Source: Planctomycetota bacterium (GTDB lineage Bacteria > Planctomycetota > SZUA-567 > H5-PLA8). From it: DNA of 64,000 nt. The stretch lies in NCBI GenBank assembly GCA_038227875.1, contig JBBRPR010000027.1:41153-105152 (forward strand), written 5' to 3'. The notes beneath the pieces are model-generated. The model saw nothing but the letters and a program-made list of their open reading frames with translations. It made no database searches and was not told the origin of the DNA. The position numbers were made by a program, and so were the translations under genes. Shown here one piece after another: positions 35,796-44,073 of the stretch. Each line of letters starts with the position of its first letter. The first letter of the stretch is position 1.

Positions 35796-37463
35796 CTACT
35801 CGTAGCGCAGCTTCCAGATTTCGCAGCAGGCATCCGAATAGACCACCGTCGCCAATTTTTGCAGCTGCGCGCCAAACCCGCGTGGAATTGGCGACGTGCG
35901 CCGCCAGAACACGTAGTCGGGGCGGAAGTGTTTCAGCGACTCCACGTAGGTTGCAACCGGCATGGTCATGCCGAAGGTGCCGTAGTGAAGCATGGTGGCG
36001 TTGTGCAGATCGGTCGTGCTGATCGAATTGACGTAGAGCCGCTCGGTGTAAACGCAGCGCCGCCGCGCGACCAGCATGAACATCTCCGCGCGATCCCAGG
36101 TCAGCGTTGCGGCGTAGGTGCGGAACGACACGTCCTTCTCGACCTTGCTCCAGTCCAGGCCGTCATCCACGAGAAACAACGCGTCTCCGGCCGTGTTCGC
36201 GGCCACCCATTTGTAAGCGGAGACACAATCGGCATCGATTTTTAAGATCAGGTGATTGGAATTGCGGTCCGCGTCGAAATTATACACTGCTGTGCGCGCC
36301 GCCACCGCCGCGCTTGCGACCAGCGCCGCCGCCGCCAATCCACGCAGCCAGCGAATCAACGTCTTGTGTCCGGCGTGGCCGCGCCACGATTCGCTTGCTT
36401 GCGCCACGAGAAATAGGCCGGCGAGCAGCAGGGCCGGAACAAACAGACTGCCCCAGCGGTCGTAGATGTTCAGCATCTGCACCCGCAGCGGCATCATCCC
36501 GCTGATAAACGGTGCGGCCGCTGCTGTCAGCGCCAGGGACACGACAAACGCGCGCCACGGATTGCGCAGGCGCCACCCGGCGACTGCCAACACCGCCGCG
36601 ACCGCCAGATGAACCGGCCAGCGCGAATGAACCTGGTACCCGCCGGCGCCGCTGAAGTAGCGCGCCAGCCACGTTTGATATTCCGGCGAGAGTCCGTTGA
36701 GGTGCATGTGCCACAGCATCGGCAGCAGCAGGATCAGAAAGGCCATGCCCGAGAGCAATGTCGTGCGCCAGAGAATGACGCCTCGCAAACTTAGATACAG
36801 CACCGTAAGGGCCACCGGCGGTCCGCAGCCCACGACCGAATAAGGCCGCGCATACGTGAGCAGCGTGAGCATGGCGATGACAATCAGCGCGCGCGGCAGT
36901 TCCGGCTTGCGCAGAAAAAAAACGAACACCGCGAACAACAGCACGGTTAATACAAATTCGATATTCGTGGGGATGCGGTCCAGGTACGCATGCATGGGAA
37001 AGAACGGCATGATGCAATCGTAGATAAAATAGAACAGCGGCCACACGGCGGCGGCGGCAACGAAGACCATCGCCCGGTGCCAATGCTTGTCGGTCCGGCG
37101 CAGACAGGTCGCCGTCATCAGCAGCAGGCTTGCACCCATGGCGATGGGAAAAGCGAGGCGCCAGATCCAGAACAGCGTGATCGCGGAGACACCGGTCACC
37201 GTCAGCATGCGGCGGAGCAGCATCTCCAGGTAGAATTGCGGCGTGAATGTATTCTCAGAAAAGCCGTTCGACCAGTTGGCGTCGTTGGTCTTTTCCATCA
37301 GCGGCGCGAGATGCTGCGCGTACACGCATTCGTCGGTGACGTACGAAAAGTTGTAGTAAGACGCACCGGGCTCCGTGGCGAGGCGGTAGGGAATAATCCA
37401 AAGGGAAATAGTAGTAATAAAAATCAGAAACAGAACGGTTGATAGTACGCGCGCTTTGGACAT
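35796..37463 (-). CDS. Polytopic membrane protein (about 12 TM), possibly a GT-C-type glycosyltransferase / YfhO-like
   Basis: 555 aa, overwhelmingly hydrophobic helices with a C-terminal soluble domain. There is no diagnostic motif. Confidence 0.5.
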   Translation of the reverse strand: MSKARVLSTVLFLIFITTISLWIIPYRLATEPGASYYNFSYVTDECVYAQHLAPLMEKTNDANWSNGFSENTFTPQFYLEMLLRRMLTVTGVSAITLFWIWRLAFPIAMGASLLLMTATCLRRTDKHWHRAMVFVAAAAVWPLFYFIYDCIMPFFPMHAYLDRIPTNIEFVLTVLLFAVFVFFLRKPELPRALIVIAMLTLLTYARPYSVVGCGPPVALTVLYLSLRGVILWRTTLLSGMAFLILLLPMLWHMHLNGLSPEYQTWLARYFSGAGGYQVHSRWPVHLAVAAVLAVAGWRLRNPWRAFVVSLALTAAAAPFISGMMPLRVQMLNIYDRWGSLFVPALLLAGLFLVAQASESWRGHAGHKTLIRWLRGLAAAALVASAAVAARTAVYNFDADRNSNHLILKIDADCVSAYKWVAANTAGDALFLVDDGLDWSKVEKDVSFRTYAATLTWDRAEMFMLVARRRCVYTERLYVNSISTTDLHNATMLHYGTFGMTMPVATYVESLKHFRPDYVFWRRTSPIPRGFGAQLQKLATVVYSDACCEIWKLRYE

Positions 37464-37527
37464 TAAATCTCAACCGGAATAATTTTTCAAAATGATACCG
37501 GTTTGAGCGGTCAATTGAAGGCTATTT

Positions 37528-37794
37528 TCAAACGGTGAGGCGTCTCTGGTGCTCCGCGGTCGTCTGCTGCGCTGGCAAACGCGCTGCTTCCTGATGGCGC
37601 TCGATTCCACTATGAGTCAGCATGATGGCAAGCCGTCGGTCTAAGATCAATTTCTCATCGCGAAGCTTTGCCTGTGCATCCAACACTTCGATTTCCAGAA
37701 GTGAACATCGCTTTTCGAGTGCCAGGCAGCGCTCGTGAGACCTGCCCCATAGAATTCCTACGCCAAAGATCATCAGTCCATAGATCAGTTCCAT
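37528..37794 (-). CDS. Small membrane protein (88 aa), hypothetical
   Basis: An N-terminal TM helix and then a coiled-coil-like segment. Weak call. Confidence 0.3.
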   Translation of the reverse strand: MELIYGLMIFGVGILWGRSHERCLALEKRCSLLEIEVLDAQAKLRDEKLILDRRLAIMLTHSGIERHQEAARLPAQQTTAEHQRRLTV

Positions 37795-38002
37795 TCAGCT
37801 CCTTTCGTTGATGCCTGTGCCACGATCTTTACTCCAGCTTCAATGACAAAACCATACCCACATGCGCAAAGCAATGGACCAGGAAGTGAATGTTCACTTC
37901 TCACCATTCCTTAACAATAACCGGGCCTGTGCCCGCCGCTGCGTGTCGGTTCGCAGCGGCGTTGCACAGGTCCCGGCTGGATTCCAGATTCACGATACAC
38001 TT

Positions 38003-38088
38003 CAGCAGCCCGTTGATTAACCCTTGGCCTACGCCGCGAAACGCCTTTACTGCCAGGCGTTTCACGGTGAAATCTAACGGGCTGCTAG
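38003..38088. other. Copy 2 of the structured motif: outer stem CAGCAGCCCGTT/AACGGGCTGCTA enclosing AAACGCCT-TTACTGCC-AGGCGTTT plus CACGGTGAA
   Basis: It overlaps the stop codon of the flotillin gene and lies upstream of the 37528..37794 gene. The outer stem differs from copy 1 by compensatory changes. Confidence 0.45.
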
Positions 38089-40358
38089 TTCACGGTCGCG
38101 GTCAGCTTCGGGACTTCCTTTTCGCCGGGCAGCGCGGCCGCAGGTTCCGCGGCCGTGCCGGTGGCGTACTTCTTGGTCAGTTCGCGGGCGAGGGTTTCCA
38201 ACTCTTCCATACCCTTGCCGCCGTCGCCGATGTTGACGCCAGCTTTCTCCGCCAGCAGCAGCGAGACCAGTTGTCCCATCACTCCCGTCGGCGCAACATC
38301 CATGCCGCCGGAATGACCGTTACCGTCGCCGTTCCCGTTCGAACCTCCGCCGCTGCCGCCGACCATGAAGAGCCGTTCGGGGACCAGCGGTTGAGCGCTC
38401 TTGGAGAACTGCTCGCCGACCAGGTTGAGCGCGAACAGCCTCGGGTCGCCGTAGGCGCGGATCTTCTGGAGGAAGACCGCGGCTTCGGAAAGTCCCGTCT
38501 GAGCGATGCGCGCCGCCTCGCCTTTGCCGATCAGTTCCTTGGCGCGGGATTCCGCCAGCGCCAGGTTGGTCTTCGACGTGGCTTCGGCTTCGGACAGCAG
38601 CACCTTCATCCGTGAATCGCCTTCCGCCAGCAGCACTTTCGTGCGGGCCTCGCCTTCCGCTCGAGCGATGTCGCGTTTGGCCAGGCGCTGGGCTTCCGCT
38701 AACTGCGCGTCGGCCTTATTCCCGGCGATCTCGACACCGATCTTCGTCTGCGTCAGTTCGGCCTGTTTGTCGGCGGCGGCCTTGGCGTTGTTCAGTTCAC
38801 GCTGCTTGACCGCGGCCTCTTCCTGCTTGGCGTACGTGGCGATCTGTTCCTCGGCCAGGCGCCGGACGCGCAACTGGTCAAAGAGCCTTTCGATCGGATC
38901 TTCACCCATCGCCTGACCGGCACGCACTTTCGATTCCGGGCGTCCGATCAGCACGGCGATGCAGTTGATGTCGTAGAGCATGAAACGCTTGGCCAGTTCT
39001 TCGGTCGCGCGCTTCTGGATTTCGTCGCGCTTGGTCAGCAGGTCCAGCATGTGCGATCCCTGCGCGATGTCCCGGAAGTAGCTCGACAGAATCGGGTCCA
39101 GCGTCTGGTTGATCAACCGCTTCACATCGCCGAAGCGCTGAATCACGCTCGGCGCCTTTTCGTAGTCGATGTGCAGCACCAGCGAGAGCGGCAGTACGGG
39201 TTCATAACCGTCGGCCGTGATCAGGTCGATGCTGTTCAAGTCTTCGTCGTAATGGTGGGACTCCACTTGTCCCGTGATCCAGCGCAGCACGAAGTTGACC
39301 GTCGGGACCAGCTCGATTTTCTGCGCGTAAGGATTGAGCGCGTACTTGCCCGGAGGCAACGCCCGCTTCCACACGCCTCGCTGGCCCGGCTCGACCTGCT
39401 CGCCGTAGCGGAACCCCGCTCCGGTCAGATCCTGTCCGGCCGCGCCGTGGTAGGAGACCACCACGCCGACGTAGCCGATCGGGACCATCGTCTTGGGATG
39501 AATTTCCACGGTCGCGAACCAGCGGTTGATGAAGTACGTGCCGTCTGTCAGCACCTGCAACTGCTTGCCGCGCCGTCCGTTCATCGCCAGGAACGCTTCG
39601 GGGTCCTGGAAGTAATTGTGGTCTTTCTCTCCTTTCTCGTCTTTGACTTCCGGCGCGATGATGTCGCCGGATTCGATCGAAAAACCGTCGTGAACCGTGA
39701 CGACGCCGATGGTGTCCGACGGCATCAATTCACCCGTGGCCGGAGCCTGTGTGGTCTCGCCCTGGATTCCCGAATGTCCGATGACCACGGGAAAGAAGGC
39801 GTTGCTCTGCTGCAGTTCTTCCTGCCACGAGAGATAGCGCCGGTCGTCGGCGTCGCGGATGGGACCGGTGTAGACCCGGTCTTCCGTGATCACCACAAAC
39901 AACGCCGTGTTGATGGCGTACACGCCTTCGCGCAGAATCGCGCGCTGACGTCCGCGCTGTCCGCCACCTCCGAGGAACGAAACCGCGTCCTGGAACGAAT
40001 TGCAATTCACGCGGTGAGCCAGCGTCTGCGTCGGCGACAAGGGCGAACCGTCGCGCGCGTAGACGTAGCCGATCTTGCTTTCGCTGATGACCACCAGCGG
40101 TTCGGTGTGCACGCGGTACTGCCAGGGGAACAGCCCCCACTGCAGGCCGCCGCGCAGGATCTCCGCCTGGAGACCCGCCCGTCCACCGACGGCGATGATC
40201 TGGCCGCTCTTCAATGAGCCGTTGCCGGACCACAGCTTTTCGACGATGCCTACTCTGTTGTGCGGGATGTACCGGATTCCCAGCAGCCACGAGAGAAACA
40301 TGACGGCGGGAATACTCCCCGCGAGGCATACGGCGATGACGACAAGAAAGTCGTGCAT
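38085..40358 (-). CDS. Flotillin / SPFH (band-7) family protein (YqiK-like) with a Gly-rich C-terminal extension
   Basis: N-terminal TM (MHDFLVVIAVCLAGSIPAVMFLSWLLGI), an SPFH domain, and a long coiled-coil (AEAQRLAKRDIARAEGEARTKVLLAEGDSR...). The ATG at 40358 has a GGGAGGG RBS. The ORF track extends to 40742. Confidence 0.7.
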   Translation of the reverse strand: MHDFLVVIAVCLAGSIPAVMFLSWLLGIRYIPHNRVGIVEKLWSGNGSLKSGQIIAVGGRAGLQAEILRGGLQWGLFPWQYRVHTEPLVVISESKIGYVYARDGSPLSPTQTLAHRVNCNSFQDAVSFLGGGGQRGRQRAILREGVYAINTALFVVITEDRVYTGPIRDADDRRYLSWQEELQQSNAFFPVVIGHSGIQGETTQAPATGELMPSDTIGVVTVHDGFSIESGDIIAPEVKDEKGEKDHNYFQDPEAFLAMNGRRGKQLQVLTDGTYFINRWFATVEIHPKTMVPIGYVGVVVSYHGAAGQDLTGAGFRYGEQVEPGQRGVWKRALPPGKYALNPYAQKIELVPTVNFVLRWITGQVESHHYDEDLNSIDLITADGYEPVLPLSLVLHIDYEKAPSVIQRFGDVKRLINQTLDPILSSYFRDIAQGSHMLDLLTKRDEIQKRATEELAKRFMLYDINCIAVLIGRPESKVRAGQAMGEDPIERLFDQLRVRRLAEEQIATYAKQEEAAVKQRELNNAKAAADKQAELTQTKIGVEIAGNKADAQLAEAQRLAKRDIARAEGEARTKVLLAEGDSRMKVLLSEAEATSKTNLALAESRAKELIGKGEAARIAQTGLSEAAVFLQKIRAYGDPRLFALNLVGEQFSKSAQPLVPERLFMVGGSGGGSNGNGDGNGHSGGMDVAPTGVMGQLVSLLLAEKAGVNIGDGGKGMEELETLARELTKKYATGTAAEPAAALPGEKEVPKLTATVN

Positions 40359-41088
40359 AGAACCCTCCCTTCGAGAAAGTCCGTGCGTTCTTGCGTGACT
40401 ACGCAGTTGGACTATGGCCTGATGGCTACAGTCCAAGTATATCACGCTGCGGCGGACTTTGGTTTTTGTGGGTAAAGTTGGACGGGCAGAGATGCCCGGC
40501 ATGCGGCGAGGAGGAGGAGCCGTATGCCGGACGATCTCTACTCCGCCAGATTGGCAATACGCGGACGACCTGGGCTGGGAGTCCCGAGTCGGCCAGTGCC
40601 GCGCCGCGAGGTGTGTGCCCGCGACGCGGAGTTTGCGCACTGCCACAGCCGGCTCAGAAGCTTTTGGTGGTTGCAATCCTGAGAATGCCGAAGGCATCTC
40701 TTGATTGGGGGCTTGATTTGAACAGGATGGAGCCCACATCACAGGCGGAGCGCCTGTGCCACAGAAGCCTCTGAGGATTAAAAGTGGGCGCGAACGTTTG
40801 TTGCGACGCCCTGAACAAGCCTACGAGGTTAGCTGACGGGTTAGGGACTTCAGGTACCCTTCCTGCTTAAAACCGCAGGATACACCCCAACTGATTGGTT
40901 CCCCCGTTTCAGCCCTACGAGGACTGAACTCGGCGCTGTTGTGTTACGTCCGTAAGAAACCACGATTCCGATCTAATGTCAATATAATAGTAGGGGCTTG
41001 TTTGTAATCGCTGTGCACGTGTGGTGTAGCGCGACGGGACTTCGGATAATCCTTGCTGATTGTCACACAGGAATTATCGTCGACATCC

Positions 41089-41781
41089 ATGCAAAAACTC
41101 ACCGCGGCGGTCTTAACCATGGTCTTGTTCCTCGCTCCGAATCTCCGTGCCGAATCCGCTCCAACACCGCCGGCGCTCACGCTGCACACCCTCGACAATC
41201 TGAAAGCCGGCAAGCCTCAAGTCATCGTGACCTACGGCACCAGCCTCACGGCCGGCGGCGCGTGGGTCGCGGGTTTGGATGCGGCGTTGACCCAGCGCTT
41301 CGGCAAAGCTTCGAAGGTCGTCAACTGCGGCATGTCCGGCAAAAATTCCGACGATGGCGTCAAGCAGATCCAGACCGTGCTGCAGGCCAACCCCAATCTC
41401 GTCTTCGTGGAATTCGGAATGAATGACGCGGTGCTGCGCTTCAACATCTCTGTCGAAGACGCGCGCGCCAATCTGGAAAAGATCATCGAGAAACTACGCG
41501 CGCAGAATCCCGCCGTGGAAATCATCTTGATGACGATGAACCCGCCCATCGGCAAGGAACGCGACGGCAAGCGGCCCGAGATCGAAAAGTATTATCAGAT
41601 GTACCGCGACACCGCGCAGAAACTGAAACTGCCGCTGATCGATCACTACGCGGCCTGGCAGAAGCTCCTGACCGATGACCCGAAGAAATTCAACGCGCTG
41701 GTTCCCGACGGCCTGCATCCCAATGCCGAAGGCAGCACGACGATCACACTGCCGGCGGTGAAACACGCGCTGGGATTGTAG
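41089..41781 (+). CDS. Secreted SGNH/GDSL family hydrolase
   Basis: Signal peptide. Block I VIVTYGTSLTAGG (the nucleophile Ser lies in GTS), block III FGMNDA, and block V DGLHPNAEG (catalytic His). Confidence 0.75.
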   Translation: MQKLTAAVLTMVLFLAPNLRAESAPTPPALTLHTLDNLKAGKPQVIVTYGTSLTAGGAWVAGLDAALTQRFGKASKVVNCGMSGKNSDDGVKQIQTVLQANPNLVFVEFGMNDAVLRFNISVEDARANLEKIIEKLRAQNPAVEIILMTMNPPIGKERDGKRPEIEKYYQMYRDTAQKLKLPLIDHYAAWQKLLTDDPKKFNALVPDGLHPNAEGSTTITLPAVKHALGL

Positions 41782-41786
41782 ATGCT

Positions 41787-42086
41787 TCAGCTGCGGCGAA
41801 TGTAGATCCACCACGTCTCGTCGTCAGGTACGTCGCTCTCGATAATCCGCACGACTTCCAATCCCGGCCGGTCCGCGACGGCGTACGGCACTTCGAATTT
41901 GCTCCCCGGCCAGTCGCCGACCACTTCCAGAATCTCGCCGGCCGTCATCGCCTTGCTCCGCTCCAGACTTTTCAGCGCCGGCATCGGGCAGGTCATGCCG
42001 CGGCAGTCCAGGTGTTGCGTGATCGTAAAGAGTTTACCCTCGTCGTCGGTCTGTTCGCCGTGGAAGGGCAGAGCGGGGGAGTCCAT
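41787..42086 (-). CDS. TusA-like sulfurtransferase / sulfur-carrier domain protein
   Basis: 99 aa. LDCRGMTCPMPALKSLERSKAM carries the CPxP motif of TusA-family proteins. Its ATG overlaps the stop of the upstream DGC gene. The ORF track's long N-terminal extension (to 42767) is an out-of-frame artefact. Confidence 0.65.
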   Translation of the reverse strand: MDSPALPFHGEQTDDEGKLFTITQHLDCRGMTCPMPALKSLERSKAMTAGEILEVVGDWPGSKFEVPYAVADRPGLEVVRIIESDVPDDETWWIYIRRS

Positions 42087-42088
42087 GC

Positions 42089-43420
42089 TCACTTTCCTTC
42101 CGCCGACGGTGTGGAGGGCGGCGGCGGCGCTTTGGGCTTGGGTTTGAAAAGATTGGAGATCACGTTCTTCCCCGTGATGCACGCCACGCCGATCGACGCC
42201 GGTTCTTCCACGGGTTTGGGTGGCGGAGGCTGGGGGACTGTCGGCGCCGAAGTCGAAGCCGCTCGTTCCAACTGCTGCTTCGCCAGCTGCACGAGATAGC
42301 CCTTGCCGGAATCGGCGAAGCCGGTCATCGCGTTGATCTTTCCCGGCTCGTGGATCAGGCCATGCAGATTCACTTTCGCCGGCGCCCACGGAATTTCCTG
42401 ATCGAGCAAGCCTTCGACTGAAGTGGTGATCGCATCCGCGAGCTTCGCCGACTCCGCCACTTCCGCGGGCGTGAGGTCCGGCTCCAGGCAGTACGTCTCG
42501 CCATTGAACGCCGGATCGAGCTGCGCGAGGTCCACGTGCGCGACCGCCGGAATGCCGTAGTGCTCCGCCGCCACCGACGCGCAACGCAACCCGCAGCCGT
42601 TCACCGCGACGCTCGGAAACTGCTCGAGCATGTCGACGTCTTCCTGTACACCCGCCGCCAGCGCCGAAATACACAGCACCTGCGAGCGCCCAAGAAAGCG
42701 ATCTTCGACCACCGTGTACGCCGCGCGCTGCGTAATCCGCCCGCCCGTGCGCTTGATCCCCTGGCACGGAATCACCGTGACCGATTTCACCCGATGCTTG
42801 CCCGTCGCAGTCTGCTCACCAGCCGGTCCGCTCTGGCACACGCCGGTTGTGGCGGCGGCTTCGGCGATGGCCGCGTCTTGTTGAGCTCCCCCCTTCGCGC
42901 TGTTTTGCAACGACGCATCGCTACTCAAAAACGCAACTGGCCGATGCGGACACCCTGCCCCCGCATCCGGCGGAGGTTCGGAGAGATCGTCGACGGGCAC
43001 GAAGCTCGCCTCAACGCCCGCGTCATGCAGCGCCTGCAGCACGCGGTCGGCGGTGAAATCTGAGAGCCGCTTGCCAGTCTCTTCGAGTTCCTTGCGCGTC
43101 TTGCCCGGGCCGAGCTTCTTCTCTTTCATGACCTGATTGACTTCGACTTTCGCGACCGGCTCAACGCCAAACTGTCTGAAGATATGCGCCGCGCAGCGCA
43201 GCGCGCAGCCGTCGATGGCGATCACCGGATGGTTCTGAATCAAGTCGCGCTCGTGTGGATCGCCCGCCAGCAGCGCCGGCAGCGAGAGCAGTTCCACTTC
43301 ATCCGGGCACTGCGCCTGAATCAAATACGACGCGCGCCGCGTGACATTGGCCACGATCTTGCCCACACCCATGCAGGGGGCGAGGACGGTCTTTTGTTTG
43401 GGGGGCGCGCTGTTATCCAT
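42089..43420 (-). CDS. Protein with two tandem DGC (putative zinc-binding, Cys-rich) domains
   Basis: LAPCMGVGKIV...IAIDGCALRCA and VIPCQGIKRTG...VAVNGCGLRCA, each with conserved Cys spacing and the D/NGC motif. I chose the start at MDNSAPP (43420) because the ORF-track N-terminus is translated from the heptamer repeats. Confidence 0.6.
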   Translation of the reverse strand: MDNSAPPKQKTVLAPCMGVGKIVANVTRRASYLIQAQCPDEVELLSLPALLAGDPHERDLIQNHPVIAIDGCALRCAAHIFRQFGVEPVAKVEVNQVMKEKKLGPGKTRKELEETGKRLSDFTADRVLQALHDAGVEASFVPVDDLSEPPPDAGAGCPHRPVAFLSSDASLQNSAKGGAQQDAAIAEAAATTGVCQSGPAGEQTATGKHRVKSVTVIPCQGIKRTGGRITQRAAYTVVEDRFLGRSQVLCISALAAGVQEDVDMLEQFPSVAVNGCGLRCASVAAEHYGIPAVAHVDLAQLDPAFNGETYCLEPDLTPAEVAESAKLADAITTSVEGLLDQEIPWAPAKVNLHGLIHEPGKINAMTGFADSGKGYLVQLAKQQLERAASTSAPTVPQPPPPKPVEEPASIGVACITGKNVISNLFKPKPKAPPPPSTPSAEGK

Positions 43421-43450
43421 GCGATGGCGCCTTTGCAAGAAACGGGAAGA

Positions 43451-43594
43451 TTGCGGATTGCGGATTGCGGATTGCGGATTGGACGGCAAAGCTCGCATTG
43501 AGAACCATACACAGTGCTCCGAAATTTCTTGCACGCTCTTCTGTCTTGAAGCTACCGCATTCTAATCCGCAATCCGCAATCCGAAATCCGCAAT
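43451..43594. repeat. Inverted tandem heptamer arrays: (TTGCGGA)x4 at 43451-43480 and (AATCCGC/AATCCGA)x4 at 43564-43594, separated by 83 nt
   Basis: Read directly from the sequence. The arms can pair as a roughly 30-bp stem. They fill the intergenic gap between the GcvH-like and DGC genes. Confidence 0.85.
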
Positions 43595-43600
43595 AAAAAA

Positions 43601-44053
43601 TCACGCCTGGCCCTTCAACATCTTCACCGTCTCTTCCCAGCCGCTCGCAAGGAACGCGACGTAGGCAGCCGCGTCCAACGGCCGGTCCGGCTTGCCTTCG
43701 AATTCCAGCAGCCAGTGTTCGTAAGGATCGACGGTGAGCAGCGACGGGTCGTTCACGGCGGCCTGATTGATGTCCGCGAGCTTCCCCGTCAGCGGCGCGT
43801 AAAATTCCGATGACGCCTTGGTGCTTTCGACTTCCCCCAGCACCTGCTCGTACTGAATCGCTTCGCCGACGTAGACCTTCCAGTCGATGCGGAACAGATC
43901 GGAGAGCAGCCGCGCCGCGTATGCCGAAATGCCGCTGCGCGTATTACCGTTGGGCAGCGTCTGAAACCAGAAATGGGACTCGCAATACTGCAAGTCGACC
44001 GGAAACGTCGCCTTGTACAACCCCATTTCAAACGTCAGCCGTTCCGCCGCCAT
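43601..44053 (-). CDS. Glycine-cleavage H-protein family (lipoyl-carrier) paralog
   Basis: 150 aa. VGEAIQYEQVLGEVESTKASSEFYAPLTGKLADINQAAVNDPSLLTVDPYEHWLLEFEG aligns with the GcvH lipoyl-lysine region (ES-x-KA). No gcvT/gcvP is adjacent. Confidence 0.7.
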   Translation of the reverse strand: MAAERLTFEMGLYKATFPVDLQYCESHFWFQTLPNGNTRSGISAYAARLLSDLFRIDWKVYVGEAIQYEQVLGEVESTKASSEFYAPLTGKLADINQAAVNDPSLLTVDPYEHWLLEFEGKPDRPLDAAAYVAFLASGWEETVKMLKGQA

Positions 44054-44073
44054 CGCTGCATCCCGAACCGGGT

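Noticed and set aside
40359-41088. 730-bp divergent intergenic region between the flotillin and SGNH genes as a possible ncRNA or tRNA locus
   Set aside because: It contains short repeats (CCTACGAGG x2) and small ORFs (40391..40774) but no tRNA-like T-loop/anticodon geometry, no convincing coding signal and no recognisable RNA family. It is most simply two divergent promoters and leaders.
42087-42767. Long N-terminal extension of the TusA-like ORF (41787..42767)
   Set aside because: The extension is Gly/Arg/Ala-rich and out of frame with the real DGC-domain gene on the same strand. The TusA-like protein begins at the Met at 42086, with an ATG/stop overlap.
43451-43594. CRISPR array
   Set aside because: The repeat unit is only 7 nt with no spacers. 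The arrays are inverted rather than direct, and no cas genes are present.
43601-44053. Housekeeping glycine-cleavage H protein
   Set aside because: No gcvT, gcvP or lpd gene flanks it. Its neighbours are the DGC and TusA genes, so I treat it as a GcvH-family paralog. A search of the whole genome would be needed to be sure.
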